A stretch of 64,000 nucleotides of DNA from a virus (lineage: Duplodnaviria > Heunggongvirae > Uroviricota > Caudoviricetes). Positions 52,287 to 61,544 of this stretch are shown piece after piece. The stretch is from IMG/VR virus record IMGVR_UViG_3300050821_004987, positions 577 through 64,576 of that record, one strand, 5' to 3'. Numbering within the stretch: position 1 is the first letter of the stretch; the number at the start of each line of letters is the position of its first letter. The notes under the pieces were generated by a model that saw only the letters and a list, made by a program, of their open reading frames with translations, was not told where the DNA came from and did no database searches. The translations under genes and the position numbers were made by a program.

Positions 52287-55084
52287 AGGTTCTAGTCACA
52301 TCAGATTGGCAAGCAGACTACGAGAATCTAGATCTCTGTAAGCAAGCAGCTGAAGAAATTCTACAGCTACAAAGCAAGTATGGGTTTAAGGTTATCGTAC
52401 TAGCCGGAGATTTGAAACACGCATACAATCCAGTAGACGTCCGGGTTGTAAATTTCTGGTTGCGTACGATTGGTAAGTGGGAGAACGCTGGATTGCTTGT
52501 CGGTATTGATCTAGGCAATCACGATAGGGTGGGAATGCATGTCGACAAACAAAACTGGCTTCCAGTACTTCGTAAAGGCGGAGCAGCAGCTTTCGATGAT
52601 CCTGGATTCCTGGAAGTGGGAGGGGCCTATCGGGTTGCATTCCTTCCTTTTCGCAGCAATCCAATTTTGCTTAAAAGAGAAGCACATGACCTGGCAAAAC
52701 GTACAAGACCTGAGACAGATGTACTTATTTTTCACTCAGACTTGCAATCGGCGCGTTACAATGTATTGTCTTCCTCGCAATCGAAGGACGTGGTATCACC
52801 TGAAGATTTGTATCCAGGAAGGTACCTTTATTGTGTCGGCGGGCACATCCACTTTCAGCAAAGAGTGGCGGAGAAGGTATGGTATGTGGGTAGCCCGTTC
52901 GCGACCGATTGGGGCGAGGCAAATCAAAGAAAAGGTTACATCCTGATTGACTTCGAGAAGAAAACGCTCAAGAGAATTCGTTCTACTATTCCAGGTTGGT
53001 ACGATCCAGGTTGGCCAGGATTTGAAGAAGCGAAGCCAGAGAGTTGGCAAGGAGCCAAGATCAGAATCAAGGTTCCTTGCGAGGGAGTGCAACATGTCAG
53101 AGAGAATCTTGACAAAGCGCGACTTGAAGCTGTTAGAAAGTATGCAGGTGCTGAGATTGTTGTCGTACCTGAATTTATCGAAAGCAGTGGCTCAGCAGCT
53201 GGCAAAATTCGGCTCGACTTCCCAGACGAGAAAAAGATACGCGTCTTTGTACAAGAAACTTTGCCGGATGAATTGAGAACACATGAAAAAGCCATTAGAA
53301 AATATCTCGTTGAGCAGTTGGCGCTTGTCGGAGGGTTACAGAGGGAGTCTGGTGAACTCAAGTTCAGTAGCATTAAAGCTAGAAACTTTCTCAGTTACAA
53401 AGAGCTTGCCATTAGATTCGAGCCGGGACTCTGCGTTGTGGCTGGAGAGAATAGAGATTGGAAAGGAAGGTCAAACGGTGCCGGTAAATCTAGTTATCTC
53501 CAGCCAATAGCTGTCGCTCATTCTGGACAGACTTTCAAGCAACAGAAGCACGATGGTTGGATGAGAAGAGGTACGAAAAAAGGTGAGCTATGTGATGTGC
53601 GGCTTTGGTTCAGGGATGCTCAAGACAGAGAATGTTATCTGAGACGAGCACGTCAGCCAAAAGAGCTAAAGCTGAAAGTGGGTGGGGAAGTAGTCGAGTC
53701 CGGTAACAGACCAGAGAGCACACAGAAGCTGATTGAGCAGGTAACTGGCTACACTTGGGAGACGCTAGCGAATGCAATTTACATAGATCAAGCCAGTTCC
53801 CATTTGATGTTGACGGGAACTGAATCACAGCGGAAAGGGTTTCTGGCCAAGTTACAGAACCTGGAACGGTTTGAACGGGCAGAGAAAGCGATACGGGACC
53901 AGAAATCGGACTTCGAACGGAGATATGAGTTAGTTTGTGACAAGCTGCAATCGATTTCTACAGAGGAAAAGAACCTACTTTCAACAATATCCGATGCCAA
54001 ACAGATTTTGGCTGTAAACCGAGATGTGAAGGTTATTTTCAAACGTACGAAAGCTCAGCTTTTGGAGAAGAAAGAAGAGTTACGAGTCTGGGAATCAGAA
54101 GCTGAGACTCAGTTTGCAAAGCTGGAAAGAGAGATTGGGAAGTACGATGCCGCTGAGAAGGATTTGATCAAGAAGAGATCAACGACGAGTGAGCGGCTGA
54201 AGGTACTGGAGAACAGAATAGAAAAATTCAAGAAGCTAGAAGGGACTTGTCCAGTCTGTGAGCAGATCATAGACGAGAAGCTCATGAAGATTGCTATTCC
54301 AGCAATCGAGGAAGCTGCCAGAGCTTTGAGAAAGCAACTGGATGGCTACGCTGAGATGGACATGAAAATTACAGAGGCTGCTGGTAAGCTAGAAGAGAAG
54401 AAAGAGGCATGGCAAGAGAACGAAGAGCTGGAGATAAAGATAGCCAAGCTGAGTAGTGAGTTGGAGAAGCTCAGATTCGAATGGGAGCAATACCAAAAGC
54501 AACAGCAGCTGATCGACAGTCTGTTGAAGAAAGTAGTAGCTTGCCAGGAACGGGGTGGGAAGCTAACACAACAGAAGAACAAGATCGGTAAATGGCTCAA
54601 GGTGCTGAAATATGCACAGACAGTCTTTCAGAGAAACGGGCTACCAGCTTATCTCAATGAACAGATCTGTCCAGAGTTGAATCAATCAGCTGCAGAGTAT
54701 TCTGAGTTATTTGCACAAGGAGAGATTCAGGTTCGCTTTGCAGTAGACGAAGAAGGTATGACGGATGTGAGAGTAATTAACGCTCATGGTGGAGAGGAAG
54801 TAAAGGATCAGTCGGAAGGTGAAATGAAGATGGCTTCGTTGATTACGTCCTTCGCCGTCCGGTCGACAGCACCAAAGACGAATCTATTAATTCTGGATGA
54901 GCCAGGAGATGGGTTGGATGCTATCTCAGCTAGAAGTTTTGCGAGAGGATTGAAGAAGATAGTGGGGAGGTTCGGCACGATACTTTTAACTACACACAAT
55001 CCAGCAATTCTTTCTGAGCTAGCAGATGCCAAGTTGGTAGTAGTTAGAAAACAGAATGGAGTTAGCGAGGTGGTAGATGGTTAA
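52283..55084 (+). CDS. sbcCD: Fused SbcD/Mre11 nuclease - SbcC/Rad50 ATPase
   Basis: SDWQ, AGD, GNHD, GHIH, YVGSP (nuclease); NFLSY, NGAGKSS, zinc hook CPVC, QSEGE, LILDEP, TTH (ABC ATPase) in one frame. Confidence 0.9.
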   Translation: MKVLVTSDWQADYENLDLCKQAAEEILQLQSKYGFKVIVLAGDLKHAYNPVDVRVVNFWLRTIGKWENAGLLVGIDLGNHDRVGMHVDKQNWLPVLRKGGAAAFDDPGFLEVGGAYRVAFLPFRSNPILLKREAHDLAKRTRPETDVLIFHSDLQSARYNVLSSSQSKDVVSPEDLYPGRYLYCVGGHIHFQQRVAEKVWYVGSPFATDWGEANQRKGYILIDFEKKTLKRIRSTIPGWYDPGWPGFEEAKPESWQGAKIRIKVPCEGVQHVRENLDKARLEAVRKYAGAEIVVVPEFIESSGSAAGKIRLDFPDEKKIRVFVQETLPDELRTHEKAIRKYLVEQLALVGGLQRESGELKFSSIKARNFLSYKELAIRFEPGLCVVAGENRDWKGRSNGAGKSSYLQPIAVAHSGQTFKQQKHDGWMRRGTKKGELCDVRLWFRDAQDRECYLRRARQPKELKLKVGGEVVESGNRPESTQKLIEQVTGYTWETLANAIYIDQASSHLMLTGTESQRKGFLAKLQNLERFERAEKAIRDQKSDFERRYELVCDKLQSISTEEKNLLSTISDAKQILAVNRDVKVIFKRTKAQLLEKKEELRVWESEAETQFAKLEREIGKYDAAEKDLIKKRSTTSERLKVLENRIEKFKKLEGTCPVCEQIIDEKLMKIAIPAIEEAARALRKQLDGYAEMDMKITEAAGKLEEKKEAWQENEELEIKIAKLSSELEKLRFEWEQYQKQQQLIDSLLKKVVACQERGGKLTQQKNKIGKWLKVLKYAQTVFQRNGLPAYLNEQICPELNQSAAEYSELFAQGEIQVRFAVDEEGMTDVRVINAHGGEEVKDQSEGEMKMASLITSFAVRSTAPKTNLLILDEPGDGLDAISARSFARGLKKIVGRFGTILLTTHNPAILSELADAKLVVVRKQNGVSEVVDG

Positions 55085-55439
55085 GCGTGATTGTGGTATA
55101 TGCGTAAATTGTAGGAGACGAGCGGAGATGGATGAGGATGAGAACATAGTTGGGTTAGAGTGCTTGGATCCGATAGTACTCATGAAGAAAGCGGCTCAAA
55201 AAGAGCCAGAGAAAATTAATCACCCCAGCCATTACGGTGGCGACACAGTTTATGAAGCGATCAAAGTGATCGAGGCTTGGGGACTTGGATTCCATTTAGG
55301 GAATGCAGTGAAATACCTTTGTCGCTTCGGAAAGAAGGACGATAGAAGGGAGCCAATAGAAGATCTTCGCAAGGCGAGATGGTACATAGACAGAAAAATT
55401 CAAGAGATGGAGAAGGCAGATGTTCATCAAGATCACTAG
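55077..55439 (+). CDS. DUF3310 (SaV-like) domain protein
   Basis: INHPSHY...EAIKVI...FHLGNAVKYL.R...DLRKARWY. Confidence 0.85.
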   Translation: MVKRDCGICVNCRRRAEMDEDENIVGLECLDPIVLMKKAAQKEPEKINHPSHYGGDTVYEAIKVIEAWGLGFHLGNAVKYLCRFGKKDDRREPIEDLRKARWYIDRKIQEMEKADVHQDH

Positions 55440-55632
55440 GCTTTTGCCAGAAGGCAAGAAGACAATAGCGGTAATCAACACAGCCAACATTTCCTATGCT
55501 CAGCCTACGATGGGTACTCTAGATCTAGAACTAGATGGAATCTACATCAAGCTGATCAGTGGTGATGAGTTGGTAGTAGATGTAGCTGAGTTTGCACAGC
55601 TTTACCAAGAAAGACTTTCCAAGGAGGGGTGA
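55420..55632 (+). CDS. Hypothetical protein
   Basis: Coupled ORF. Confidence 0.5.
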   Translation: MFIKITRLLPEGKKTIAVINTANISYAQPTMGTLDLELDGIYIKLISGDELVVDVAEFAQLYQERLSKEG

Positions 55633-56048
55633 GCATGAACGTAGTGATCGTTGGGGCACGGGAAAGAATGCAAATCGATGGGCAGCCACTGGACAAAGAC
55701 AAGGAGGCAATCGAATCTTTAATCAAGAAGCTGGCACAGCAGTATGGTCGCAGTTTGAATATGATCTCAGTCGGCTGCGATAAAGGCATCGGCAAGATCG
55801 TCAGAGACTTTTGCATAGCCAACAGCATCATCTTTGTCGAGAACAGAATGAAGTTGGAGGGCAAAGATATTCCCAGAAGCTTTTTCGTGCACGTTTTCCA
55901 GGCCAGAAATGCCGCGTTGGTTGCTTTGGGAGATGAGTTCTATGTTTTCAAAGGACCAAATGAGAATGGGATTGTAGAAGGAATCATTCCGATGGCGATC
56001 GACAAAGTGAAAGAAGAAAGAGTGCATGTGATGGAGTCAGAACGATGA
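55629..56048 (+). CDS. SLOG-family (YspA/DUF2493-like) protein
   Basis: VVIVGAR...ISVGCDKGI...ARNAALV. Confidence 0.55.
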   Translation: MSMNVVIVGARERMQIDGQPLDKDKEAIESLIKKLAQQYGRSLNMISVGCDKGIGKIVRDFCIANSIIFVENRMKLEGKDIPRSFFVHVFQARNAALVALGDEFYVFKGPNENGIVEGIIPMAIDKVKEERVHVMESER

Positions 56049-56380
56049 AAGACGAGCAGTTTGCCAGTAGAGTCAACGAAGTTTTGCAAAAGGAATTAGA
56101 AACGCCAGAGAAATGGCTGTATGTTTCTTTCGCTACCGAGACGGAGTTTTGCGGTGCCGTTGTTATCCAGGCACATGGTTTGACAGACGCTTTGATGAAG
56201 ATCAATGCGCTTGGAATAAATCCGCATGGAGAAGTTTTGGCGTTTCCAATTCCTGACGACGGATCGTTTCAGATGCCAGAAGAGAAATTCAGGAATGTAT
56301 TGCTCAGCAAAAAGCAAGTAAAAGAGTTGTGGCCAGATGCGATGAGCATCAGGGAGTTCGAAGAAGAACAGAGGGGATAA
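56045..56380 (+). CDS. Hypothetical protein
   Basis: ATGA-coupled ORF. Confidence 0.55.
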   Translation: MKDEQFASRVNEVLQKELETPEKWLYVSFATETEFCGAVVIQAHGLTDALMKINALGINPHGEVLAFPIPDDGSFQMPEEKFRNVLLSKKQVKELWPDAMSIREFEEEQRG

Positions 56381-56406
56381 AAGAATAGAACGCAGAAATT
56401 CCAATC

Positions 56407-56706
56407 ATGGAGAATCCAGAGATGGGATTTATGCCCGGTCCGCTGAATCCGAATTGGAAGGGTGGGAAGACAACAACGACAGACGGTTACATCAGAATAA
56501 CAGCAGGAGAACACAGGGGAGAGTTGGAGCATAGAATGCTCTGGGAAAGGAAACACGGAAAGATTCCCAGAGGTTTTGATGTTCATCATGTCAATGAGAT
56601 CAGAAACGATAACAGGGATGAAAATTTCGAATTGAGAGAATCAACGCCACACAGAATGGAGGTAATCCAAAGGATCAACACAAAGAAAAGAAAAGGCTTG
56701 ACATAG
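56407..56706 (+). CDS. HNH endonuclease
   Basis: NPNWKGG, EHRMLWE...VHHVNEIRNDNRDENFEL. Confidence 0.85.
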   Translation: MENPEMGFMPGPLNPNWKGGKTTTTDGYIRITAGEHRGELEHRMLWERKHGKIPRGFDVHHVNEIRNDNRDENFELRESTPHRMEVIQRINTKKRKGLT

Positions 56707-56727
56707 TATGGTCAGTTATGTTATTCT
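56698..56727 (+). promoter_or_regulatory. Sigma70-like promoter
   Basis: TTGACA-N18-TATTCT with an extended -10 TG at 56719-20. Confidence 0.65.
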
Positions 56728-56732
56728 TTCGG

Positions 56733-56945
56733 CATCGGCCATAGAAGCCATTTGAGTCGACAAAAAACTGGTAGCTAGGTTGCGCGGCTTAGCTACCAGT
56801 CCCACTGTAACAAGAAGAAAAAGCTAGCACGGCGCAGTGATACAGCACGATGGGTGGCTGTCGAAAAGGTGCTAGTGCAAAGACGGTACCCCAGTCCTGT
56901 AAAGTCGCAGGGAAGACATTCTGTCTTCCCGATTCCAAAAATTTC
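56733..56945 (+). ncRNA. Candidate structured ncRNA or long 5' leader
   Basis: No credible + strand ORF; stems 56767-77/56790-800 (11 bp perfect), 56824-30/56869-75 with inner 56842-46/56857-61, and 56910-18/56922-30 (9 bp perfect). Confidence 0.5.
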
Positions 56946-56974
56946 CCAAACAGCAGTCTAGATAGAGGACGAGC

Positions 56975-57157
56975 ATGTCTGAACTAAAAAAACGAATTGA
57001 ACAGAACAGAAAGAACGGAGCCAAAGGAGGCAAGCAGACTGCCAAGCTGCTGGACGATGATGGAAAAGAGAATCGTGCCAGGGCGGGTGGCACAGAATGC
57101 TTGCTGAGATATGGTAGAGAGTTTTATCGTAGCATCAGAGCCATGCGAGTAGCGTAA
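56975..57157 (+). CDS. KGG-motif stress-induced small protein (GsiB/YciG-like)
   Basis: NGAKGGKQT and YGREFYRSI. Confidence 0.6.
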   Translation: MSELKKRIEQNRKNGAKGGKQTAKLLDDDGKENRARAGGTECLLRYGREFYRSIRAMRVA

Positions 57158-57158
57158 C

Positions 57159-57776
57159 ATGGCAACGAGTGCAAGAGCAGTGAAAGGAAAAGGACCAAAT
57201 TCCAGTAAAGCGGGACGAAATCCTGCAAAAAGCCGGGGAGGAACGTACGTAGGGATAGCTGAACAGATTAGAATGTGTGAGCAGTATGTAGCCGGTGGAC
57301 CGAATAACAGCATCAGAAAAATAGCCAAGAGATTCAAAAGAGATGAAGCTACCGTTGCAAAGATTGTCAAGTCAGAGACAATGGAGCAGATGGCAGAGAG
57401 TTGTAAGAAGTCTCTGATAATGAATGCAGCCGAGAAGATAGTGGAGAGACTGGATTATGAGTTGAGTAAGAAAGACAGCGTCAATGGAGCTCATGTAGCT
57501 TTAGAGTTGGCAGATCGTTTGGGCATAGCACCCAGGCTGAACAGATCAGGTATTCTAGAAGAGTATCTGAGAAAGATGAGAGAACGTGCTGGACAATCAG
57601 CTCCACCAGAAAGACAGCTACCAGAAGATGTGAGAGTAGCGGCAATAGTTAGCCGATTGACAGAGATGACATTAGAACGTGGAAGATTATTTGGCATGCC
57701 GATGCCCGAGCTGGATGAAGTTAAGGATGATATTCCGATCACGGTGAATGTGCTGAAGAAAGAGCAAGCCGAGTAG
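57159..57776 (+). CDS. HTH protein, possible terminase small subunit
   Basis: SIRKIAKRFKRDEATVAKIV HTH followed by helical region; function from size/architecture only. Confidence 0.45.
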   Translation: MATSARAVKGKGPNSSKAGRNPAKSRGGTYVGIAEQIRMCEQYVAGGPNNSIRKIAKRFKRDEATVAKIVKSETMEQMAESCKKSLIMNAAEKIVERLDYELSKKDSVNGAHVALELADRLGIAPRLNRSGILEEYLRKMRERAGQSAPPERQLPEDVRVAAIVSRLTEMTLERGRLFGMPMPELDEVKDDIPITVNVLKKEQAE

Positions 57777-57785
57777 GAGTCTCAG

Positions 57786-58268
57786 ATGGGCATCCCAGCT
57801 ACAGAGAAGGATAAAGCGACGGATTTGCTGTTAGAAAAGATCAATGGACTGGATCGTCTTACAGATAGCAGATTCAAAGCAGGGGAATCTGCTGTGATGG
57901 CTGCTTTGGCAGCTACGAAAGAGTTGACAGCAGCAGCATTCGCGGCCAGCAAAGAAGCCATCATTAAAGCAGAAGAGGCACAGAAGGCTTACAATGTCAG
58001 CCATAACGATTTGATTCGGAAACAAGAGATGATGATTCCAAGGCCAGAGTTTGATCGGGTAACAACAGACTGGAGAGATAAGTTCGATAATTTGAAAGAA
58101 GAGATAGCAGATTTGAGAGAATCCAGAAGTCAGCAGCAGGGAGGAGCGGTAGTGCAACAGAAATCCCAGACACAGAGCAATTGGATAATCGGATTATTGG
58201 TAGTGGCTGGATTGCAGCTGGTCGGTATGTTTATCGAGATCGCGATTCTGATTTTCAGAGGTAAATAA
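57786..58268 (+). CDS. Coiled-coil protein with C-terminal TM helix (holin-like?)
   Basis: ALAATKE...KAEEA coiled coil; WIIGLLVVAGLQLVGMFIEIAILIF. Confidence 0.6.
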   Translation: MGIPATEKDKATDLLLEKINGLDRLTDSRFKAGESAVMAALAATKELTAAAFAASKEAIIKAEEAQKAYNVSHNDLIRKQEMMIPRPEFDRVTTDWRDKFDNLKEEIADLRESRSQQQGGAVVQQKSQTQSNWIIGLLVVAGLQLVGMFIEIAILIFRGK

Positions 58269-58292
58269 ACAAGCTAGAGGGAATGGGGGAAA

Positions 58293-58619
58293 ATGGCGAC
58301 CACAACAGTTGTACGGGAAAGCGATCCACTTGGCTTTGTTCCACCGCCAAGATACCAGATCCAGCCGAGTCCTTGGATGACCGTTTTGGTAGTATTGATG
58401 ACATGGCTAATGAGCGCAGCCATGACGTATGGAATTCTTAGCACGAAGATCCAGTATCTGGAAGATAGAGTTACTACGTTGGAGAGGCATCAGCTGGAGA
58501 TGTTGGAGAATCAGCTGACCAGAGGTGAGTACGAAAGATATACGATGGAAAGAAAGGCCGAGGAAGAGAAACGGTTCGAATGGATACAAGAGAAGCTGGA
58601 AAAGCTTTCACGGAGATAG
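58293..58619 (+). CDS. Membrane-anchored coiled-coil protein
   Basis: TM segment WMTVLVVLMTWLMSAAMTYGIL followed by coiled coil. Confidence 0.6.
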   Translation: MATTTVVRESDPLGFVPPPRYQIQPSPWMTVLVVLMTWLMSAAMTYGILSTKIQYLEDRVTTLERHQLEMLENQLTRGEYERYTMERKAEEEKRFEWIQEKLEKLSRR

Positions 58620-58813
58620 ATCATGAACGATGCAATGAGTCAAGGCGATCAACTAGCTGTCAAACTAGACTGTGGACATCCAAACAAGAAAGCCGGCGAG
58701 TTGTGCGAGTTGTGTGGACGGACAGTACCGGGAGTAGCGGCTCAAGCAGCTGAGCCTACATCGCCCGAGTCAAAGCCTGAACCAGCAGCTCACTAAAGCA
58801 ATAGGAGTTCGGA

Positions 58814-59317
58814 ATGGAAGAGACGAGAGATATCTACAGTCAAAAACATGCCACGCAAGACATGATTCGCTTTCGTGGCTGCATTGAATTAGCCTTGCTC
58901 AACGCAGCAAATCACGATGTGTTGGAGAAGAGAAAGATCGAGAACACGGTCGTGACGTCTGGACGGGCATGGGTACTGTCGATGATCCTGAGCAGTTCGC
59001 CGGGCACATCGACGTTCAATGCCATCGCAGTCGGTACCAGCACCACAGCACCAGCGACGTCGGACACACTGCTTGGATCGGAAGCCTTGAGAATCTCGAT
59101 CAGCTCGTTTGCGACATCGGGATTGACGGCCAATCCACCCAGTTGGCAAGCTCAGGCGACTTTCGCAACGAACCAGGCCAACACAACACTCGGAGAAGCC
59201 GGCTTGTTCAACAGCACAGCAGCGAACGTTCAGACCATGTTGTCCCACGTAACTTTCGCCACGATCAACAAAACAACAAGCAACACACTCGCGATCAGCT
59301 ATACCATCAGCAATTAG
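58814..59317 (+). CDS. Tail-associated structural-type protein
   Basis: NTVVTSG...AIAVGTSTTAPATSDTLLGSE...LGEAGLFN...INKTTSNTLAISYTI is a common tail/baseplate module; AGGAG RBS. Confidence 0.65.
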   Translation: MEETRDIYSQKHATQDMIRFRGCIELALLNAANHDVLEKRKIENTVVTSGRAWVLSMILSSSPGTSTFNAIAVGTSTTAPATSDTLLGSEALRISISSFATSGLTANPPSWQAQATFATNQANTTLGEAGLFNSTAANVQTMLSHVTFATINKTTSNTLAISYTISN

Positions 59318-59334
59318 TACAGAGGAGCCAGCCC

Positions 59335-59502
59335 GATGGATTCCGACGCAGAAGTGAAGCGCAGGAAGACGGTCGCCTTTCTTGTCGTACTGACGATCGT
59401 CTTCATCGGAACGTTCTTTACGGGACATCCGATGGTGGACAAGATCAGCCACGCAGCGATAGTGGCTTTCATGGCCACGAGAATCTTCATCAGTTATCTG
59501 TA
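59335..59502 (+). CDS. Small two-TM membrane protein
   Basis: Own translation MDSDAEVKRRKTVAFLVVLTIVFIGTFF...; GAGGAG RBS. Confidence 0.45.
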
Positions 59503-59522
59503 GAAAGGAGACGGCTCAGTGC

Positions 59523-59705
59523 ATGAAATGCGAAGGTTGTGGGAAAGAAATTCCGATACAGGAACAGGAGTATGAAGAGATCGGAGGCGAAAGCATTCCC
59601 CGCCCGTGCAAAGATTGCCAAGAGAGACTAAAGAAAGAAAGCAAAGAGTACAACGAGAAGTATGAATCGCCAGCAAGGAGACAGAAGAAAAAGGGTAAGA
59701 ATTAA
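59523..59705 (+). CDS. Small zinc-ribbon protein
   Basis: CEGC...CKDC; AAGGAG RBS. Confidence 0.55.
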   Translation: MKCEGCGKEIPIQEQEYEEIGGESIPRPCKDCQERLKKESKEYNEKYESPARRQKKKGKN

Positions 59706-59824
59706 TGGGAAGACGATCATCTGGATTTGTATAATTGTACTGCTGGCGACGTGGTTGTTTGCAATTAGACTGAAGTACATGACAGAAGCACCGTAAAAAG
59801 GCCCAGCCCGGAAAAGAAGGTTTT

Positions 59825-60028
59825 ATGATTGGCTTCATGGTCGAGTTTGTAATCTTCGTAGTTTGTGTGGTGATCATCGTTCTCATATTCAGATGGGGAA
59901 TGGCCAAGTTGGGTTGGACGATAGATCCAACATTGAATATGATAATCGGGTTGGTCATTTTCTTGATCTGCTTGATGTTCTTCTTGAACTTGACTGGGCA
60001 TTTGACCGGTAACGGGTTCCGTTGGTAA
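59825..60028 (+). CDS. Small two-TM membrane protein
   Basis: Two hydrophobic helices. Confidence 0.6.
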   Translation: MIGFMVEFVIFVVCVVIIVLIFRWGMAKLGWTIDPTLNMIIGLVIFLICLMFFLNLTGHLTGNGFRW

Positions 60029-60039
60029 GGAGAGGACAC

Positions 60040-60297
60040 ATGGCAAACAAAAAGAAACTAAAGCCAGTAGCAAAGAAGATCAAGATCCTAAAGGTCGAGC
60101 CGGTAGAGGGCGAGCCAGAGAAGCAAAGAGTGGAGTTGGAAATAGAAGGCGCGCCAATAGCTCTACCAGATCATCCGATACAGTTGCCTGTCGAGTTGGC
60201 AGCACCAGAGTTCCTGGCCTTAGGAACATTAGACGCTCAGCATATCCCAGAAGAGAAGAAAGGAATCATCGCCTGGCTGAAGAGCTGGTGGGACTAA
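60040..60297 (+). CDS. Hypothetical protein
   Basis: GGAGAGGA RBS. Confidence 0.55.
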   Translation: MANKKKLKPVAKKIKILKVEPVEGEPEKQRVELEIEGAPIALPDHPIQLPVELAAPEFLALGTLDAQHIPEEKKGIIAWLKSWWD

Positions 60298-61377
60298 ATG
60301 AGAAAGACGCTGACAGATTTAACCAGCTTAACTCGCGTAGCTGCCCAGTCGCAGTTCCGGACGGTAGCGAACGCAGTCGAGTATGAGAGTCTGTCAGCGT
60401 ACAGTCCTCAGAACATTGCAGCCTGGTTGTCGCATGTAGGTATCAGTTGGTTCAAGCCGAGACATAAATTTCTGAGCTATACGCTTCCAGATACCGGAGT
60501 CTATCGGATGGAAGCTGTGGCTAAGATAGCTCTGGTAGCAGATTGGGGAACGGGAACAAACGAAGCCGAGAAGGTAGCAGCGCAGATCAATAAGTTCGCT
60601 CCAGATCATTCGATCCATTTGGGAGACGTGTACTACACGGGTACGGAGCAAGAGATCAATGAGAACTTTCTGGGAGTAAAGACGGGTAAGTATGAGCCGG
60701 TAGCCTTTCCACATGGAACAGAAAACACTTTCGCTCTTTGTGGCAATCACGAGATGTACACGAAAGGGAATGCCTACTACGACGTGCTGTTGCCAGCGAT
60801 TGGTCAGAAGGCCTGTTACTTTTGTCTAGAGAACGACTACTGGAGGATCATTGGTATAGATACAGCATGGAATTCCACGGGACTAGATCTCGGGCCTTTC
60901 CAGCCAAGCTGTAAGATGCCGGAGGAAGTGATGTCATGGTTGGCTACTTTAAAGCTGGAGAACGAAAAGAGGGGGCTCATCGTTCTCAGCCATTATCAGC
61001 CTTGGTCTTCTTTCGAGAGTTGGTACAGCAATGCAGCCAAGCAACTGGCACAGTTCATCAAGAAGACAGTTCTATGGTTCTGGGGGCATGAGCATAGGAT
61101 GGCAATCTACAAGAGGTATTCAGTCGGTGGACTTACAGCTCATGGAAGGCTGATCGGACATGGTGGGATGCCAGTTCAGTTGAAGAATCCAGACAACAGC
61201 AAATGCTATTGTAGCTTTACAGACTTGAGGGAGTATCCAAACGAAGAAGGTCTGACGGTCGGCTACAATGGTTTCGTCAGGTTGGCTTTATACAGAGAGA
61301 GTCTGGTAGCCGAGTACGTAGACTTGAATGGGACAGTGGTCATTACAGATCTATGGACGCCGGGAGACTTGGTTTGA
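60298..61377 (+). CDS. Calcineurin-like metallophosphoesterase
   Basis: ADWG, GDVYY, GNHE, SHY, GHEH. Confidence 0.88.
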   Translation: MRKTLTDLTSLTRVAAQSQFRTVANAVEYESLSAYSPQNIAAWLSHVGISWFKPRHKFLSYTLPDTGVYRMEAVAKIALVADWGTGTNEAEKVAAQINKFAPDHSIHLGDVYYTGTEQEINENFLGVKTGKYEPVAFPHGTENTFALCGNHEMYTKGNAYYDVLLPAIGQKACYFCLENDYWRIIGIDTAWNSTGLDLGPFQPSCKMPEEVMSWLATLKLENEKRGLIVLSHYQPWSSFESWYSNAAKQLAQFIKKTVLWFWGHEHRMAIYKRYSVGGLTAHGRLIGHGGMPVQLKNPDNSKCYCSFTDLREYPNEEGLTVGYNGFVRLALYRESLVAEYVDLNGTVVITDLWTPGDLV

Positions 61378-61544
61378 TCGTCAACAAGCAAGTAAGAACG
61401 AAAGGTTTGGGGTTGAAGGAGTTCCTGGCAAGGAAGAGAAATGCTGCATTGGTGGGCGATAACAGCAGCGGTATTGTATCTGATCTCGTTGGGGATTCTG
61501 TTGTGGTATCTGGGGAGAAAAAGAAGAAAGAGGAGAACAGGACG

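Noticed and set aside
50753-59735. TGTATAAT as a phage-specific promoter motif (27079, 46559, 50753, 59728)
   Set aside because: Several copies are inside ORFs without -35 boxes, and TATAAT is expected many times by chance at this base composition; only the intergenic case at 27081 was kept.
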